A DNA stretch of 64,000 nt from Octopus sinensis (lineage: Eukaryota). Every line of letters starts with the position of its first letter. Position 1 is the stretch's first letter. The DNA is taken from contig NC_043011.1 of assembly GCF_006345805.1 (NCBI RefSeq), positions 2,046,001 to 2,110,000 on the forward strand, read 5' to 3'. Of this stretch, positions 50,197 to 63,062 are shown piece by piece. The notes below the pieces were generated by a model that saw only the letters and a program-made list of their open reading frames with translations, did no database searches and had not been told where the DNA came from. Position numbers and translations under genes: made by a program.

Positions 50197-51285
50197 TATT
50201 AGGCAACAAATTTCAAATTTTTTGTTACTGATACATAAACTACTGATTCCTGCCAAATTTTTTATGTCAATTTCAGATCTGATATCTAAATTCTTCTATC
50301 ATGTCCAGATTTTGTGTAACTGAAAACCACAATTTTTCATTTTTCCTCACCCACTTCTATTACGAAATCTGTTCACGAAATCTGTCTAAGCTACTTTTCC
50401 ATGCCACGTTTTTACGTTAAGCATACTTAAATAATTAGTGAACAAGGATGAAGGTTTTTCATTGCTGTTGTACAGCTTTGATGCTTGCTTTACTAAAGTC
50501 AATGAACAATTTTCATACTTTTGAATCATAGTGAAAGGCAATCCTTTCCATCAGGCCACTGATGTTCTGACTGAAAGAAACGTTTTCCTCCTGTAAGTAT
50601 AAGTAAGATGATTAAAGCTGCAAATGGCGATGGTGGAAATGAAAAACTTTGGTGTTTGACTGGAGAAAATTCCATTCTTGAAGCCAGGAACCAGGCAACT
50701 CTGCCCTTTCTTTTGGTAATTCCAAATTGTGCACTAAGTCATTTAACTTTGCTTGACATAGAAAATGTGGGGAACTAGTTACACCTGGAACATATATACC
50801 ATCTTTCCCTATTGCTATATCACTTGCAGAATCTTCAGGTGAACTGCTGTCTTTTGGCGTTGCTGGTGGAACTGGTGGTGGATTTGTTTCATCATACGGT
50901 ATTGGTTTTATTGCTGATTTGCAGTTTGGGTACATGATTTTTTTTTATTTGTTTTTGTTTGTGAAACCAGCAATCTTTGTCAAACAAAAATAACAATCAT
51001 TGAAGTGATTTTTCAGCTCACACCAAATCCTGGAGACTGAGAATGACATAATTTCTCTTTTTCCATTCATCCAAGCTATTAACATTGCATTGCACTGCAC
51101 ACAGCACATCTATGGTGCCCAGGCCCTCTCCTACTCTCCTAACTTACAGTGTAAAATGATACTTCTAGGCAAGTTTAATCTTTGTTGTTACGTTTCTATG
51201 TTGTGGCTTAGATACACCTTGTACAAATATGTAGCAGATGTTGTCTGAGTGATTTACACAAGCATGTCCATTTGATTTCATTTTA
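50197..51285 (-). pseudogene. Chapaev3-like (CMC superfamily) transposon fossil, internally deleted
   Basis: Minus strand: CVNHSDNICY; WAP.MCCVQC..WMNGKR..NHFNDCYFC; YPNCKSAIKPIP; PHFLCQAKLNDLVHNLEL..AEL.GS.L..WN.L; ISGLMERI..KLFIDFSKASIKAV. The remnant taggcaacaaa near 50197 is TIR-like. Confidence 0.85.
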
Positions 51286-51292
51286 ATTACCA

Positions 51293-51680
51293 TAGGCGCA
51301 AGAGTGGCTGTGTGGTAAGTAGCTTGCTAACCAGCCACATGGTTCCAGGTTCAGTCTCACTGTGTGGCATCTTGGGCAAGTGCCTTGTGAGTGGATTTGG
51401 TAGACAGAAACTGAAAGAAGCCTGCCGTATATATGTATATATATATGTATGTGTGTGTGTGTTTGTGTGTCTGTGTTTGTCCCCCTAGCATTGCTTGACA
51501 ACCGATGCTGGTGTGTTTATGTCCCCGTCACTTAGTGGTTCGGCAAAAGAGACCGATAGAATAAGTACTGGGCTTACAAAGAATAAGTCCCGGGGTCGAT
51601 TTGCTCAACTAAAGGCGGTGCTCCAGCATGGCCGCAGTCAAATGACTGAAACAAGTAAAAGAGAAAAAGAGTAAAGAGTA
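51293..51680 (+). mobile_element. CORE-type SINE with an internal deletion
   Basis: Family match; abuts the 5' end of the Chapaev fossil. Confidence 0.87.
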
Positions 51681-53408
51681 TACAATATCTGAAAAAAAAC
51701 ATAGAAAGTTGTAATAACAATGCACAAAATAACAAAGAAATATACACTAGTACAAAGCAAATGTTATGAAAACACACAAGTCAGCACAACCTGTTACTTG
51801 CTTACCAGTAGAGAGATTCAACAACCACTTTACTTGACTGTCACATAGTGATTGACCGTTGGGTGGTTACTATGCTCTTGACTCAGTATTACAAACTCGG
51901 GATAAATTTTATTGATCAAAATCTTTAGAATTTGTATATAGTTGGCGAACAAAAATTGCTTCAACATTCAAGCAAGGTTCATATTACTGGTATTAAACTG
52001 ATTAAAATCAAAATCTGAAGTTTGTAGGAAATTTTACTAAGTGATATACAAAATACAAGATAGGAAAAATCTAATTATAGATTTCAAATAAGCATACCGA
52101 AATTGGCTAGGAATACCTATTTGGTCTTCTGTAAGAAAATCTTTGTTGTCTGGTGTAATTTATAATAATTCTTTTTTTAAGAAAATATTTTTTTTACTTT
52201 ACATTAGGAATATATTTTTTACTCAAAACTTCTTGACTCATTACATTATGTACATAAGCATCACCTTTATTTTTGTATGCACATAAATATACTATTATGT
52301 TATATATTATCATTCTTTATAAACTCATGATATTTTTGAAAATTAAATTTGAAAAAAAATTCCCCACCAATGGGAAAGTAACGTGCTTATTACAAAACAT
52401 TGGTAGTGATCAATACTTTAGAGTCCTGTTATACTCATTTTGTGAATGTTTTATATCTTTCTTTTCCAATTTCCAGGTGCTATGTTTCATATCTATAGTG
52501 ATATCATGTACATTTTGTCCTTTATGCAATTTTCTATTAATTCTATTTTCACACATGGAAAAGAAATACATTTTGTGTCAACAAAGAATCTTATTAAAAC
52601 CTGAAGCAATAGATTCTGTGCTTTGTGTTTTTATCATTTTCTTCTCACATTTTTCTATTACATAATGTACATTATACATATTACTCAGTTGTATAATATC
52701 AATGAAATGTATTAGTATGGTGCCAAATTATTTATTTTGTGTCACAGATTAAATTTTCATTGCAATAAGTATCAATTAGTTCACATCTTTTATAAATTAA
52801 ATATTAGTATAAATATTGAGTTAATCTAATCTCAGAAATGATGATTTCTTCTTGCACTTGATAATCTGATTTTAATATTATTTGCTTTTCAAAGTGGAAT
52901 TAATTGCAATTCATTATAAAAATATTTTGTTTAATTAAAATTATCGACACTGCTCACTTGCATTCTTTTTTTCACATTTTGGGATTAAAAAAGAAAGCTC
53001 TTTTTATTCTGAGATACTCAAAATTTTCTCTCAATATTATACAGTACTACACAATGAGCACTAATATTATGACATAAGTTATATATCTCACTGCAACACA
53101 GTCACTGACTAACAAAATGACACACCAACACAATTCATTCTATACACAATCGTAACCCAACACTAATACAACTCACACAACAGATATGCTACACTACTAC
53201 CAACCAATGAAATAACACAGATGACATGATACACAGAAATGTAATCGTCACCCTACACTGTAATACAACTGTTCAAGGCTAGATGTGATGTGCCATATCA
53301 ATTCGATATGATGTAGCCCACTACTGAATGTAGTGTATCGATGTAACGTTTGAAGGTTCTCACATTGGAATACCAGTAAACATCGAAGGATTTACACCAA
53401 TAAGGAAG

Positions 53409-54317
53409 TGTAGCAATATTGTTTTCTTCATTGCTATCTTCACTGTTTGAGAAAAGTATAGGACTAGAACCAAAGACGAAAGGTGTCTGAAAACACTCCT
53501 TTATATAAGGTTTAGGTGGCTCAAACGAACTTCAGAAATGGAATTTTAACCAAAGGTCATGATTAGCTGTTTTGGAACAATGGCACGAAATATGTAGAGA
53601 CAAACCGCGTCACATGTCAACCAGTGGCGTGAACTATGTAGAGACCACTCGTGTCACATGTCAACCAGTGGCGCGAACTATGTAGAGACCACTCGTGTCA
53701 CATGTCAACCAGTGGCGTGAACTATGTAGAGACCACTCGTGTCACATGTCAACCAGTGGCGTGAACTATATAGAGACCACTCGTGTCACATGTCAACCAG
53801 TAGCGTGAACTATGTAGAGACCACTCATGTCACATGTCAACCAGTGGCGTGAACTATGTAGAGACCACTCGTGTCACATGTCAACCAGTGGCGTGAACTA
53901 TGTAGAGACCACTCGTGTCACATGTCAACCAGTAGCGTGAACTATGTAGAGACCACTCGTGTCACATGTCAACCAGTGGCGTGAACTATGTAGAGACCAC
54001 TCATGTCACATGTCAACCAGTGGCGTGAACTATGTAGAGACCACTCGTGTCACATGTCAACCAGTGGCGTGAACTATGTAGGGACCACTCGTGTCACATG
54101 TCAACCAGTGGCGCGAACTATGTAGAGACCACTCATGTCACATGTCAACCAGTGGTGCAAAAATAAGTGGAGACAAATCGCGTCACGTGTCAACCAACCC
54201 GGTTAGTGTTTACAACAATGTTAAACTAGCCGAAGATGTTTGTAATCTCAAACGAGATCATTCTTAATACTTTTCTCAAACAGTGAAGATAGCAATGAAG
54301 AAAACAATATTGCTACA
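53409..54317. mobile_element. Non-autonomous Ginger-like DNA transposon with an internal minisatellite
   Basis: Perfect 51-bp TIRs (53409-53459 / 54267-54317) with TGT..ACA ends. 4-bp TSD GAAG at 53405-53408 and 54318-54321. Confidence 0.85.
53609..54155 (+). repeat. 44-bp minisatellite, 12 full units plus a partial unit
   Basis: Unit gtcacatgtcaaccagtggcgtgaactatgtagagaccactcgt. Units start at 53609, 53653 ... 54137, with degenerate units on both flanks. Confidence 0.95.
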
Positions 54318-55318
54318 GAAGAAATATTATTTACATATCTTTATTCGTTTGCCCAACAGGTAGTTAAAGAGACAGCAGCAATTTTAGAGATAGTGATGAC
54401 AAAGATGACAACAAGTTGATATGTAGAAAAAGGTTGTCTATCAGTAGAGAGGGAAAGAGTAAGGAAGGCATGGTGCTGATTAGAAAGGAAGAAAAGATAA
54501 AGGTGGTATCGTCTTTCTTGTGGCCGAAAGCCTCTCTTAGCATGTTGAGCAAAGCGTGAAAGGAAGTGCTGCTCTTGGTTAAGGCTGATGCAAAAGCGGG
54601 TGTTGCTTCTTGGTTATAGCTGACACCTGAGAGCAGGTGTTGCACCTTGGTCATAGCTGACACCTCAAAAGAAGAGATAGAAAATTCTCTGTTATAAAAA
54701 CTATGGTCAGTAATGTAGGTCAAACCTTAAACAAAGGACTGACCTTTCCTTGACCAGTACAGGTCCTAGCGGGTGGAGTGTTTCCTCATCAATCATATAG
54801 TGTGGAGGATTTCCCTGCTTATTTTGACAAGCAACAAGCAGGTGGATTTAGTTTCAAATCTCAGGCAGGGTCAAGCTAGACCTCCACACAACCAATATAA
54901 CACATTCTATACATTCCTTGTCCGATAAATAATGCATCACACATGAGCCAGCAAGGAAGCCACTACATGGTCACTTGATTTACTAGAAATAGTAGAAAAA
55001 TCTCCCTCAACTCACACCTTACTATCTTTAAAAAGAAAAGGACAGAATACCTAACAAAAGATGGATTAGTTGTGGCTTGATCATAAGTCTACTCAAACTG
55101 GGCTGACCTCCAGCTAAGCAACACAACTCATGCTATAAAATAGCCACTATGAACTATCGCATAATTCACCATCTAGCACATACAGAACATATATAAAGCA
55201 ATCGCAGTCCAGCAAAATAATGCAACTCTTAAAGTTCAACAAACTTGTGAGACATGAACTAAATTGATGCCAGAAACAACAGATATTTTCATAAGAGTGT
55301 GAAAGGGCAGCAATAGAT

Positions 55319-55718
55319 GCAGGAGTGGTTGTGTGGTAAGTAGCTTGCTTACCAACCACATGGTTCCGGGTTCAGTCCCACTGCATGGCACCTTGGGCAA
55401 GTGTCTTCTGCTATAGCCCTGGGCCGACCAAAACCTTGTGAGTGGATTTGGCAGACGGGAACTGAAAGAAGCCTGTCATATATGTGTGTTTGTGTGTGTG
55501 TCTGTGTGTCTGTGTCTGTGCTTGTCCCCCCACCATCGCTTGACAACCGATGCTGGTGTGTTTACGTCCCCGTAACCTAGCGTTTCGGCAAAAGAAACCA
55601 ATAGAATAAGTACTAGGCTTACAAAGAATAAGTCCTGGGGTAAATTTGCTCGACTAAAGGCGGTGCTCCAGCATGGCTGCAGTCAAATGACTGAAACAAG
55701 TAAAAGAAAGAAAGAAAG
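55319..55718 (+). mobile_element. CORE-type SINE, full length
   Basis: Family match. Confidence 0.88.
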
Positions 55719-56526
55719 TATAAATTAGGAGTAAAATACACTTCCTTACACTGATTCAAAGAAAGTATTGCACACACTTCAGCAAGTTACTATGGATTGG
55801 CAGTTGTATTTTGGAGGGAGTAACCAGATTTGTAGTGGTGCCATGTTTTGAAAGGTTAAAGGTAAGATAGAGGGAGAAGTACAGGTGTCTTACTATAAAA
55901 GAGGAGATACATGGCTGAAGAAGATAAAAAGAAAGGCAGTAATGGGGTACTAGAGAAAACTCTCTAAGTACAAGAGGGTGAGTATAAGAGGGGGTATGTA
56001 TAATGGGTTATGTGAGGGGCTGAGAGAGATGATATTTTCATAAGAGTGTGAAAGGGCAGCAATAGATGCTTAAAGATGGTAGAGATGAATATAGTGAGTG
56101 ATGATCAAGGAGTGGTGTGGTTGAAGGAAAATAGTTGTATGGAGTAGTGCAAGGTGAGAGATATAGGGGTCGTTCAGGAAAAAGAATAGATGTGAAAATA
56201 GTGGGATGATGTGTAAGATATAGGAGCAGTGGAGAGAGATAAGAAAGTACATGAGGGCTACAGTAAGTTTGGTATGATGATAGATATAAGAAGGCATTGA
56301 GAATAATAGCAGAGAAGAGAGGTGTTGAGAATGGAGTATAGCAGAGAGGAGAGAGAGCAGCAACAGAATGTAGAGAAAGGTGGTGATTGATGGGAATAGT
56401 TTGGGCAGGGATGATAATGAGTGATGGAAATAGTTTCAAAGGAGGAGAGAGGAATAAGGTGACAGGAAGGGAGAGGATATAATATGGGCCAACTCTGCCT
56501 TCAGATGATTATAGCAAGTGAGCAAT

Positions 56527-56747
56527 ACCTATTTCTTTATTACCCACAAGGGGCCAAACATAGAGGGGACAAATAAGGACTGACATAGGTATTAAGTCGA
56601 TTACATCGACCCCAGTGCGTAACTGGTACTTAATTTATCGACCCCGAAAGGATGAAAGGCAAAGTCGACCTCGGCAGAATTTGAACTCAGAACGTAGCGG
56701 CAGATGAAATACCGCTCAGCATTTCGTCCGGTGCGCTAACGTTTCTG
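56527..56747 (-). mobile_element. tRNA-derived SINE family C
   Basis: Family match. Confidence 0.87.
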
Positions 56748-58568
56748 AAGTGACAAACATTAAGGGAGAGATGGGAATTGGTGGGAGGAAGGGTGGCTTG
56801 ACATAGAGAGGAGTGGCAGGCAGGACCCCATACATAGAAGCATAACTGAGTGGTTTGAAGATACTTCGTTGTAATGGTTGGGTTTTCTTAAGCTCAGAAA
56901 AAAACACCAATCATCTTGCTCCTTTGTTATCGCCTTCATAAGGTTCAGCATGTTGAGATCACACTTCACTATTTTGTCTTATATCTTCCTGGGTCTCCCT
57001 CTTCTATATGTTCCATTAATACTTCATCACTTCTTTATGCAATTGTCCTCATCCATTTGCATCACCTGACCAAACAAATACAGTCTTTTTTTTTCTTGTA
57101 TACAACATTTGATTCCTCTTATGCCTAATGTTTTTCCAGTGCATTAGCACTTTGTTATACATATACACAGACATTGCACATCCAATGAAGCATATTATCT
57201 TAATTTCTCTCTAGTTTTTGCATATCTTCTGCATTCAGGGCCCATGTCTTACTATTGTGTAACATTGGTGTATGTACACTAACATCTTACAATTTGCCTT
57301 TTACTCAAAGAAAAGAGAAACTTCATGATTTGAAATTAGAGATGAAACAAAAAAAAAAAAAAATTGTTGTTTTTTTTTTTTGTTGGCGCAATGTCACAGT
57401 TTTGAAAGAGATGTATTTAATCAATTCAATTAACCATTTTTACTACCCATATTTGTCAGCAAATAGAAAATTTGAGTGTTGCAGATTCTAGAAAAATTAT
57501 TGTTTCAGGATCTTGAAATCTGAGAGTAAATATTATAAGAAACCTAATGCAGTCCTCTTCCAGTTCTACTCTCAAACACCACATATATTGTATCAAACTA
57601 CAATAGAAATTCACAGACTGAAATCATATAGTGAACTGAGTACATAAAACCTTGCATTGTAGTATGATAACAGAAATTTAATTAACATAAATAATGTGTT
57701 ATCAGTGAACACAGCAAATATCTATATCTGTTGAGTTTTAGTTAAAACAGTTACTGTTACAGTGCAAGGGTGAATTAATTCTGTGAATGCTATACAGGTA
57801 TTATATATAAAAAAAAACATTAAATGTTTCAATCCTGTATCCTCAGGTAGTAAAAAGAATGTACAAGCCAAACTACAAGGCAATTACAATTTCAACATCT
57901 TTTGGGATTTATGTAAGTTAGAGCAGAAGTTATATATTTTTCCAACTGGTTATTTTCAATTGCTGGTTTAAACATGCATAATAAAAGATACTTATGGTTC
58001 AACTTTAAACAAGGCAAAACTGGATTAATATTCTTATCTCTCCTATATGACTACTCTTTGTACAAAAATATTTCACTTTTCTTATAAATGAAATATGCAT
58101 TTACCGTTGAATCCTAGATTATCCAGCGATACATTTTTGGAGACATCCTCATCATCAACATCATGGCCACTGTCATCCTCATCATTATTATGTACTTGTA
58201 AAACAGCAGTGTCAGTGATTCTGTCAGTTTTATTCTATTGAGCATCAAATCACTATTCATGTCTTTAGAGGTTCAGTACAAATCTTAGTGTTTTAACTGT
58301 AACAAGTAGACATGTTTTCTGCAGCATCAGAAACTTTGTTATACTGACCATAGAAAGCTATTTAATGATCTTATACAGGAATTACTAGTGTTTTTCTGCT
58401 ATCACAAAAACATCTTCCAACTTTAGTTTCTGATATTTATATAACCTTTTGTTTTCATTTCGTTCACCCTGGTATCAAATGGACAGGTTGCATCTATTAC
58501 TCTATGAATTCAAGTATTTTCTCTAATATAATGAAACCCAGTTTTGAATATTCCTGATCTTTTTTCTT

Positions 58569-58839
58569 GCCTGGCTCCCATGCCGGTGGCACGAAAAAAG
58601 CACCATCTGATCGTGGCCGTTTGCCAGCCTTGTCTGGCACCTGTGCTGGTGGTACGTAAAAAGCACCCACTACACTCACGGACTGGTTGGCATTAGGAAG
58701 GGCATCCAGCTGTAGAAACATTGCCAGATCAGACTGGGCCCGGTGCAGCCTTCTGGCTTCCCAGACCCCAGTTGAACCGTCCAACCCATGCTAGCATGGA
58801 AAGTGGACGCTAAACGATGATGATGATGATGATGATGAT
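58569..58839 (+). mobile_element. RTE-X LINE 3'UTR fragment with (GAT)n tail
   Basis: Near identical to 55-326. Confidence 0.87.
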
Positions 58840-58959
58840 TTTCCTATTTAATCAGTTCGTTTTCTTATTTATTATTTTATCTTTTGCCATCTTCTACAAG
58901 TCTTTCTCCATAGTGTTCCATATTTTGTTTTACACCCTTGTATAACTGATGTGTGAAGG

Positions 58960-59100
58960 TGCATGGCCTAGTGGTTAGAATGTGCACCCATGATTGTTTG
59001 ATAATGGGTTCGATTCCTGGGCCAGGTGGCACTTTGTGTTCTTGAGCAAAACGTTTCATTTCACATTGCTCCAGTTCACTCAGCTGCTAAATGGGTAACC
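58960..59100 (+). mobile_element. tRNA-SINE head with V-like domain
   Basis: ggcctagtggttag..ggttcgattcc..gttcttgagcaaaac..ttgctccagttcactcagctg. Confidence 0.65.
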
Positions 59101-59260
59101 TGACAACAGAATAGTATTCTGACCGGGAGTAATGGTGGTCTGCTCACTTAGCCGGTCAGTTGGCATCATTCAAAGGTTAAAATGATGTGAAGCACATTGT
59201 GACCAGTGATGAATAGCAACATATAGTCAATACAATGATACTGAAATGATAATTTTTTTT

Positions 59261-59645
59261 TTTACTTGTTTCAGTCATTTGACTGCGGCCATGCTGGAGC
59301 ACCGCCTTTAATCGAGCAACTTGACCCCGGGACTTATTCTTTGTAAGCCCAGTACTTATTCTATCGGTCTCTTTTGCCGAACCACTAAGAGACGGGGACA
59401 TAAACACACCAGCATCGGTTGTCAAGCAATGCTAGGGGGACAAACACAGGCACACAAACATACACACACACACATATATGTATATACATATATACGACAG
59501 GCTTCTTTCAGTTTCCATCTACCAAATCCACTCACAAGGCTTTGGTCGGCCTGAGGCTATAGCAGAAGACACTTGCCCAAGGTGCCACGCAGTGGGACTG
59601 AACCCAGAACTATGTGGTTGGTAAGCAAGCTACTTACCACACATA
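59261..59645 (-). mobile_element. CORE-type SINE
   Basis: Family match. Confidence 0.88.
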
Positions 59646-60080
59646 CTGGTGAGATGTCCTCTTTATTTGTATATCTTTTCATTACTCATATTCATATTGC
59701 CTGTATATGGTGTGCCATTAGAGTGCATTCAGTAGCTTTTTAAAAATCTACTTTCCATGTGCTTTTAAATACAGTGTTATTAAAGAAACTTCTATACAGT
59801 TTTTCCAGTTCAATATTGCTGCTTTTATTACTATTGTTGTTAAGGCTGTGAGCTGACAGAAATGCTAAAACATCAGAAAATATGATTTGCAGTATTTCTT
59901 CTGACTCATTACATTCTGATTTCAAATTCCAAAGTCAACTTTACCTTTCATCCTTTTGAGAATCGATAAAATAAGTACCAGTGATTATACTGGGGTCAGT
60001 GTAATCAACATGCCTCTCCCCTCAAGATTGCTGCCCTTGTGAAAAAATTAGAAAGACTCATCATCATCATCATCATCATC

Positions 60081-60118
<38 letters not shown>

Positions 60119-60499
60119 GGAGGTGCAATGGCCCAGTGGTTAGGGCAGCGGACTCGCGGTCGGAGGATCGCAGTTTCGATTCCCAGACCGGGCATTGTGA
60201 GTGTTTATTGAGTGAAAACATCTAAAGCCCCACGAGGCTCCGGCAGGGGGTGGTGGTGAACCCTGCTGTACTCTTTCACCATGACTTTCTCTCGCTCTTT
60301 CTTCCTGTTTCTGTTGTACATGTATTTTAAAGGGCCAGCCTTGTCACACTCTGTGTCACGCTGAATCTCCTCGAGAACTACGTTAAAGGTACACGTGTCT
60401 GTGGAGTGCTCAGCCACTTGCACGTTAATATCACGAGCAAGCTGTTTCGTTGATCGTATCAGCTGGGACCCTCATTGTCACAACCGACGGAGTGCTCCT
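60119..60499 (+). mobile_element. tRNA-derived SINE family D, inserted in (TTA)n
   Basis: Full head-to-tail match, with (TTA)n on both sides. Confidence 0.87.
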
Positions 60500-60968
60500 A
60501 TTATTATTATTATTATTATTATTATTCTTTTATAACTCTGCTTGTTCCTTCCTTAGTTACTTAATTCGTCCTTCTATTACACTCTTCATATAAATATGTG
60601 TTTCTATTTATCTATAAACACACAGAGAATGTCATACATTCACACACACACACACACAAAGACACTGATACAGCACACACACACACCAATCTTAGTTGAG
60701 CACACACCAGATGCACACACACAAACACCAGATTTACGCATGCATACACACAACAGAAGAATATATACATATAGAATTTATGGGAGCAACTGTCTTTGAA
60801 GATTCGTATTGCCATTGAATGCTCGAAATGAGGAGCAGATAGACAGCCGACAATTGATGAAGCATCCTTCCTCTGGGTTAACTTGTCTTGTTTTCCATTT
60901 TTTCTCGTTTGTGTTTCATGTTATTTGCACCGTTGGTAACGTCCTGTAGCAATATAGGCATGTATTTT

Positions 60969-61002
<34 letters not shown>

Positions 61003-61005
<3 letters not shown>

Positions 61006-61385
61006 GAAGCACTCCGTCGGTTACGACGACAAGGGTTCCGGTTGATCCGATCAACGGAACAGCCTGCTCATGAAATTAACGTGTAAGTGGCTGAGCACTC
61101 CACAGACACGTGTACCTTTAACGTAGTTCTCAGGGATATTCAGCATGACACAGAGAGTGACAAGGCCAGCCCTTTGAAATACAGGTACAACAGAAACAGG
61201 AAGTAAGAGTGAGAGAAAGTTGTGGTGAAAGAGTACAGCAGGGATAACCACCATCTCCTGCCGGAGCCTCGTGGAGCTTTTAGGTGTTTTCACTCAATAA
61301 ACACTCACAACGCCCGGTCTGGGAATCGAAACCGCGATCCTACGACTGCGAGTCCGCTGCCCTAACCACTGGGCCATTGCGCCTC

Positions 61386-61386
<1 letters not shown>
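61003..61386 (-). mobile_element. tRNA-derived SINE family D, inserted in (TA)n
   Basis: Full match, with (TA)n on both sides. Confidence 0.88.
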
Positions 61387-61443
<57 letters not shown>

Positions 61444-62229
61444 GTGTATATACATGTGTGTGTTGTGTGTGTCTGTGTGTCCTTACACACACACATCCAT
61501 TTATGTTTGTAGATGCACATACCCACAGATATACATATATACAAATATATATCATGCAAATCAATATAAATTTGACACCTAGATATACACTCAACTAAAG
61601 ATAGGCATAGAAATACAGCAACATAGATACACTAATAGACATATGTAAAAGGTAATCTGCCCTCTCGCTATATATATTTATTATTATTTATTTTTATGGT
61701 GTTGGCTTTTGTGTAGATAAGACAAAGATAATTCAGTAGAAATTAAGAGAATAAAAACTAGAAATATTTGGCTGGCTGTAAAGATTATCTGCTAGTTAGG
61801 TTATAAACCTGTCAATGCACACTTGTGCTTAGAAACCAGCCTGTATACACACAAACATATACACTGACATACATTCACACACTCACACACATCTTCCCTC
61901 TCACATACAAACATACATATGCATATAAAAACTTGCACTTCATTGGTCACAATGACAAGGGTTCCAGTTGATACGATCAACAGAACAGCTTGCTCATGAA
62001 ATTAGCATGCAAGTGGCTGAGCCCTTCACAAACACACGTACCCTTAACATAGTTCTCAGGAAGATTCAGCATAACACAGACAGTGACAAGGCTAACCCCT
62101 TTGAATTACAAGTACAACTCAGTTTTGCAGGCTGCATGGACTGGAGCAATGTGAAATAAAGTGTTTAAGGACATAATGCCAAGAATAAAACTCACAACCT
62201 TGTGACCATGAGATGAATACCCTAATAAC

Positions 62230-62447
62230 TAAGTCATGTGCCTTCGATAGATCGTTAGCCACTACACACATTTTTTTTTCCATCCTTGCTTCTCTCCTTG
62301 TTTTTTCTGTGTTCCTTTCTGTAGAAGAGCGTAGGCTCGAAACATAAAAGACTTTTTCTATTCCTGAGCTTTATACTAATACATCTGTTTGTTTTGTACA
62401 CCACCTGTCTTCATCTTTTGTTTTTTTCGTAAACTCTCCATATATAG
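62230..62447 (+). mobile_element. Penelope-terminus-like repeat with a variant hammerhead motif (62315-62350)
   Basis: CUUU-CUGUAGA-A-GAGC(GUAG)GCUC-GAAAC-AUA-AAAG. Stems I and II pair, but the core has U at position 6 and A at 16.2. Confidence 0.5.
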
Positions 62448-62664
62448 ATATATACAAACATACATACAAGATTCATTGACCTAGGGAAGGCTCTTGACAT
62501 TCAGTAGCTCATGTACTTACTATGGAAATTGTATATAGATAAATGACTTGTCAAGCAGTGCAACCCAGTTGCAGAGCAGGGTTTAGTATGGTTGTGAAAC
62601 AAAGTGATAAAACGTGCAGATGGAAAGAAATGAGGTGGGCATGCTTCACTGGATATATATAATT

Positions 62665-63062
62665 ATCATCATCATTATCATCATCATTTAGCGTCCGCTT
62701 TCCATGCTAGCACGGGTTGGACTAAGCATGGAATAAAAGAACACATGAATGACAGAATTGAGAGATAAACTAAAAGTATAAGAGGAATTAGCTGTAGTAT
62801 CATCATCGTTTAGCGTCCGCTTTCCATGCTAGCATGGGTTGGACGGTCCAATTGGGGTCTGGGAAGCCAGAAGGCTACACCAGGCTCCAGTCTGATCTGG
62901 CAATGTTTCTATGGCTGGATGCCCTTCCTAACGCCAACCACTTCGTGAGTGTAGTGGGTGCTTTTTATGTGCCACCGGCACAGTTGCCAGGCGAGGCTGG
63001 CAAATGGCCACGATCGGATGGTGCTTTTTATGTGCCACTGGCACGGGGGCCAGGTGACGCTG
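62665..63062 (-). mobile_element. Two RTE-X 3' ends: a ~55-nt abortive copy (62665-62722) and a ~260-nt copy (62800-63062)
   Basis: catcat..tttagcgtccgctttccatgctagca.gggttggac occurs twice. Confidence 0.82.

Noticed and set aside
52273-52665. 130-aa hydrophobic ORF
   Set aside because: F/I/L-rich composition expected by chance in very AT-rich DNA; TTG start.
53609-54155. 44-bp array as a CRISPR
   Set aside because: The units are contiguous with no unique spacers, the context is eukaryotic, and the array lies inside a TIR element.
54364-54723. 119-aa minus-strand ORF in a slightly GC-richer segment
   Set aside because: Low-complexity S/L-rich peptide, no recognisable domain and no convincing splice structure.
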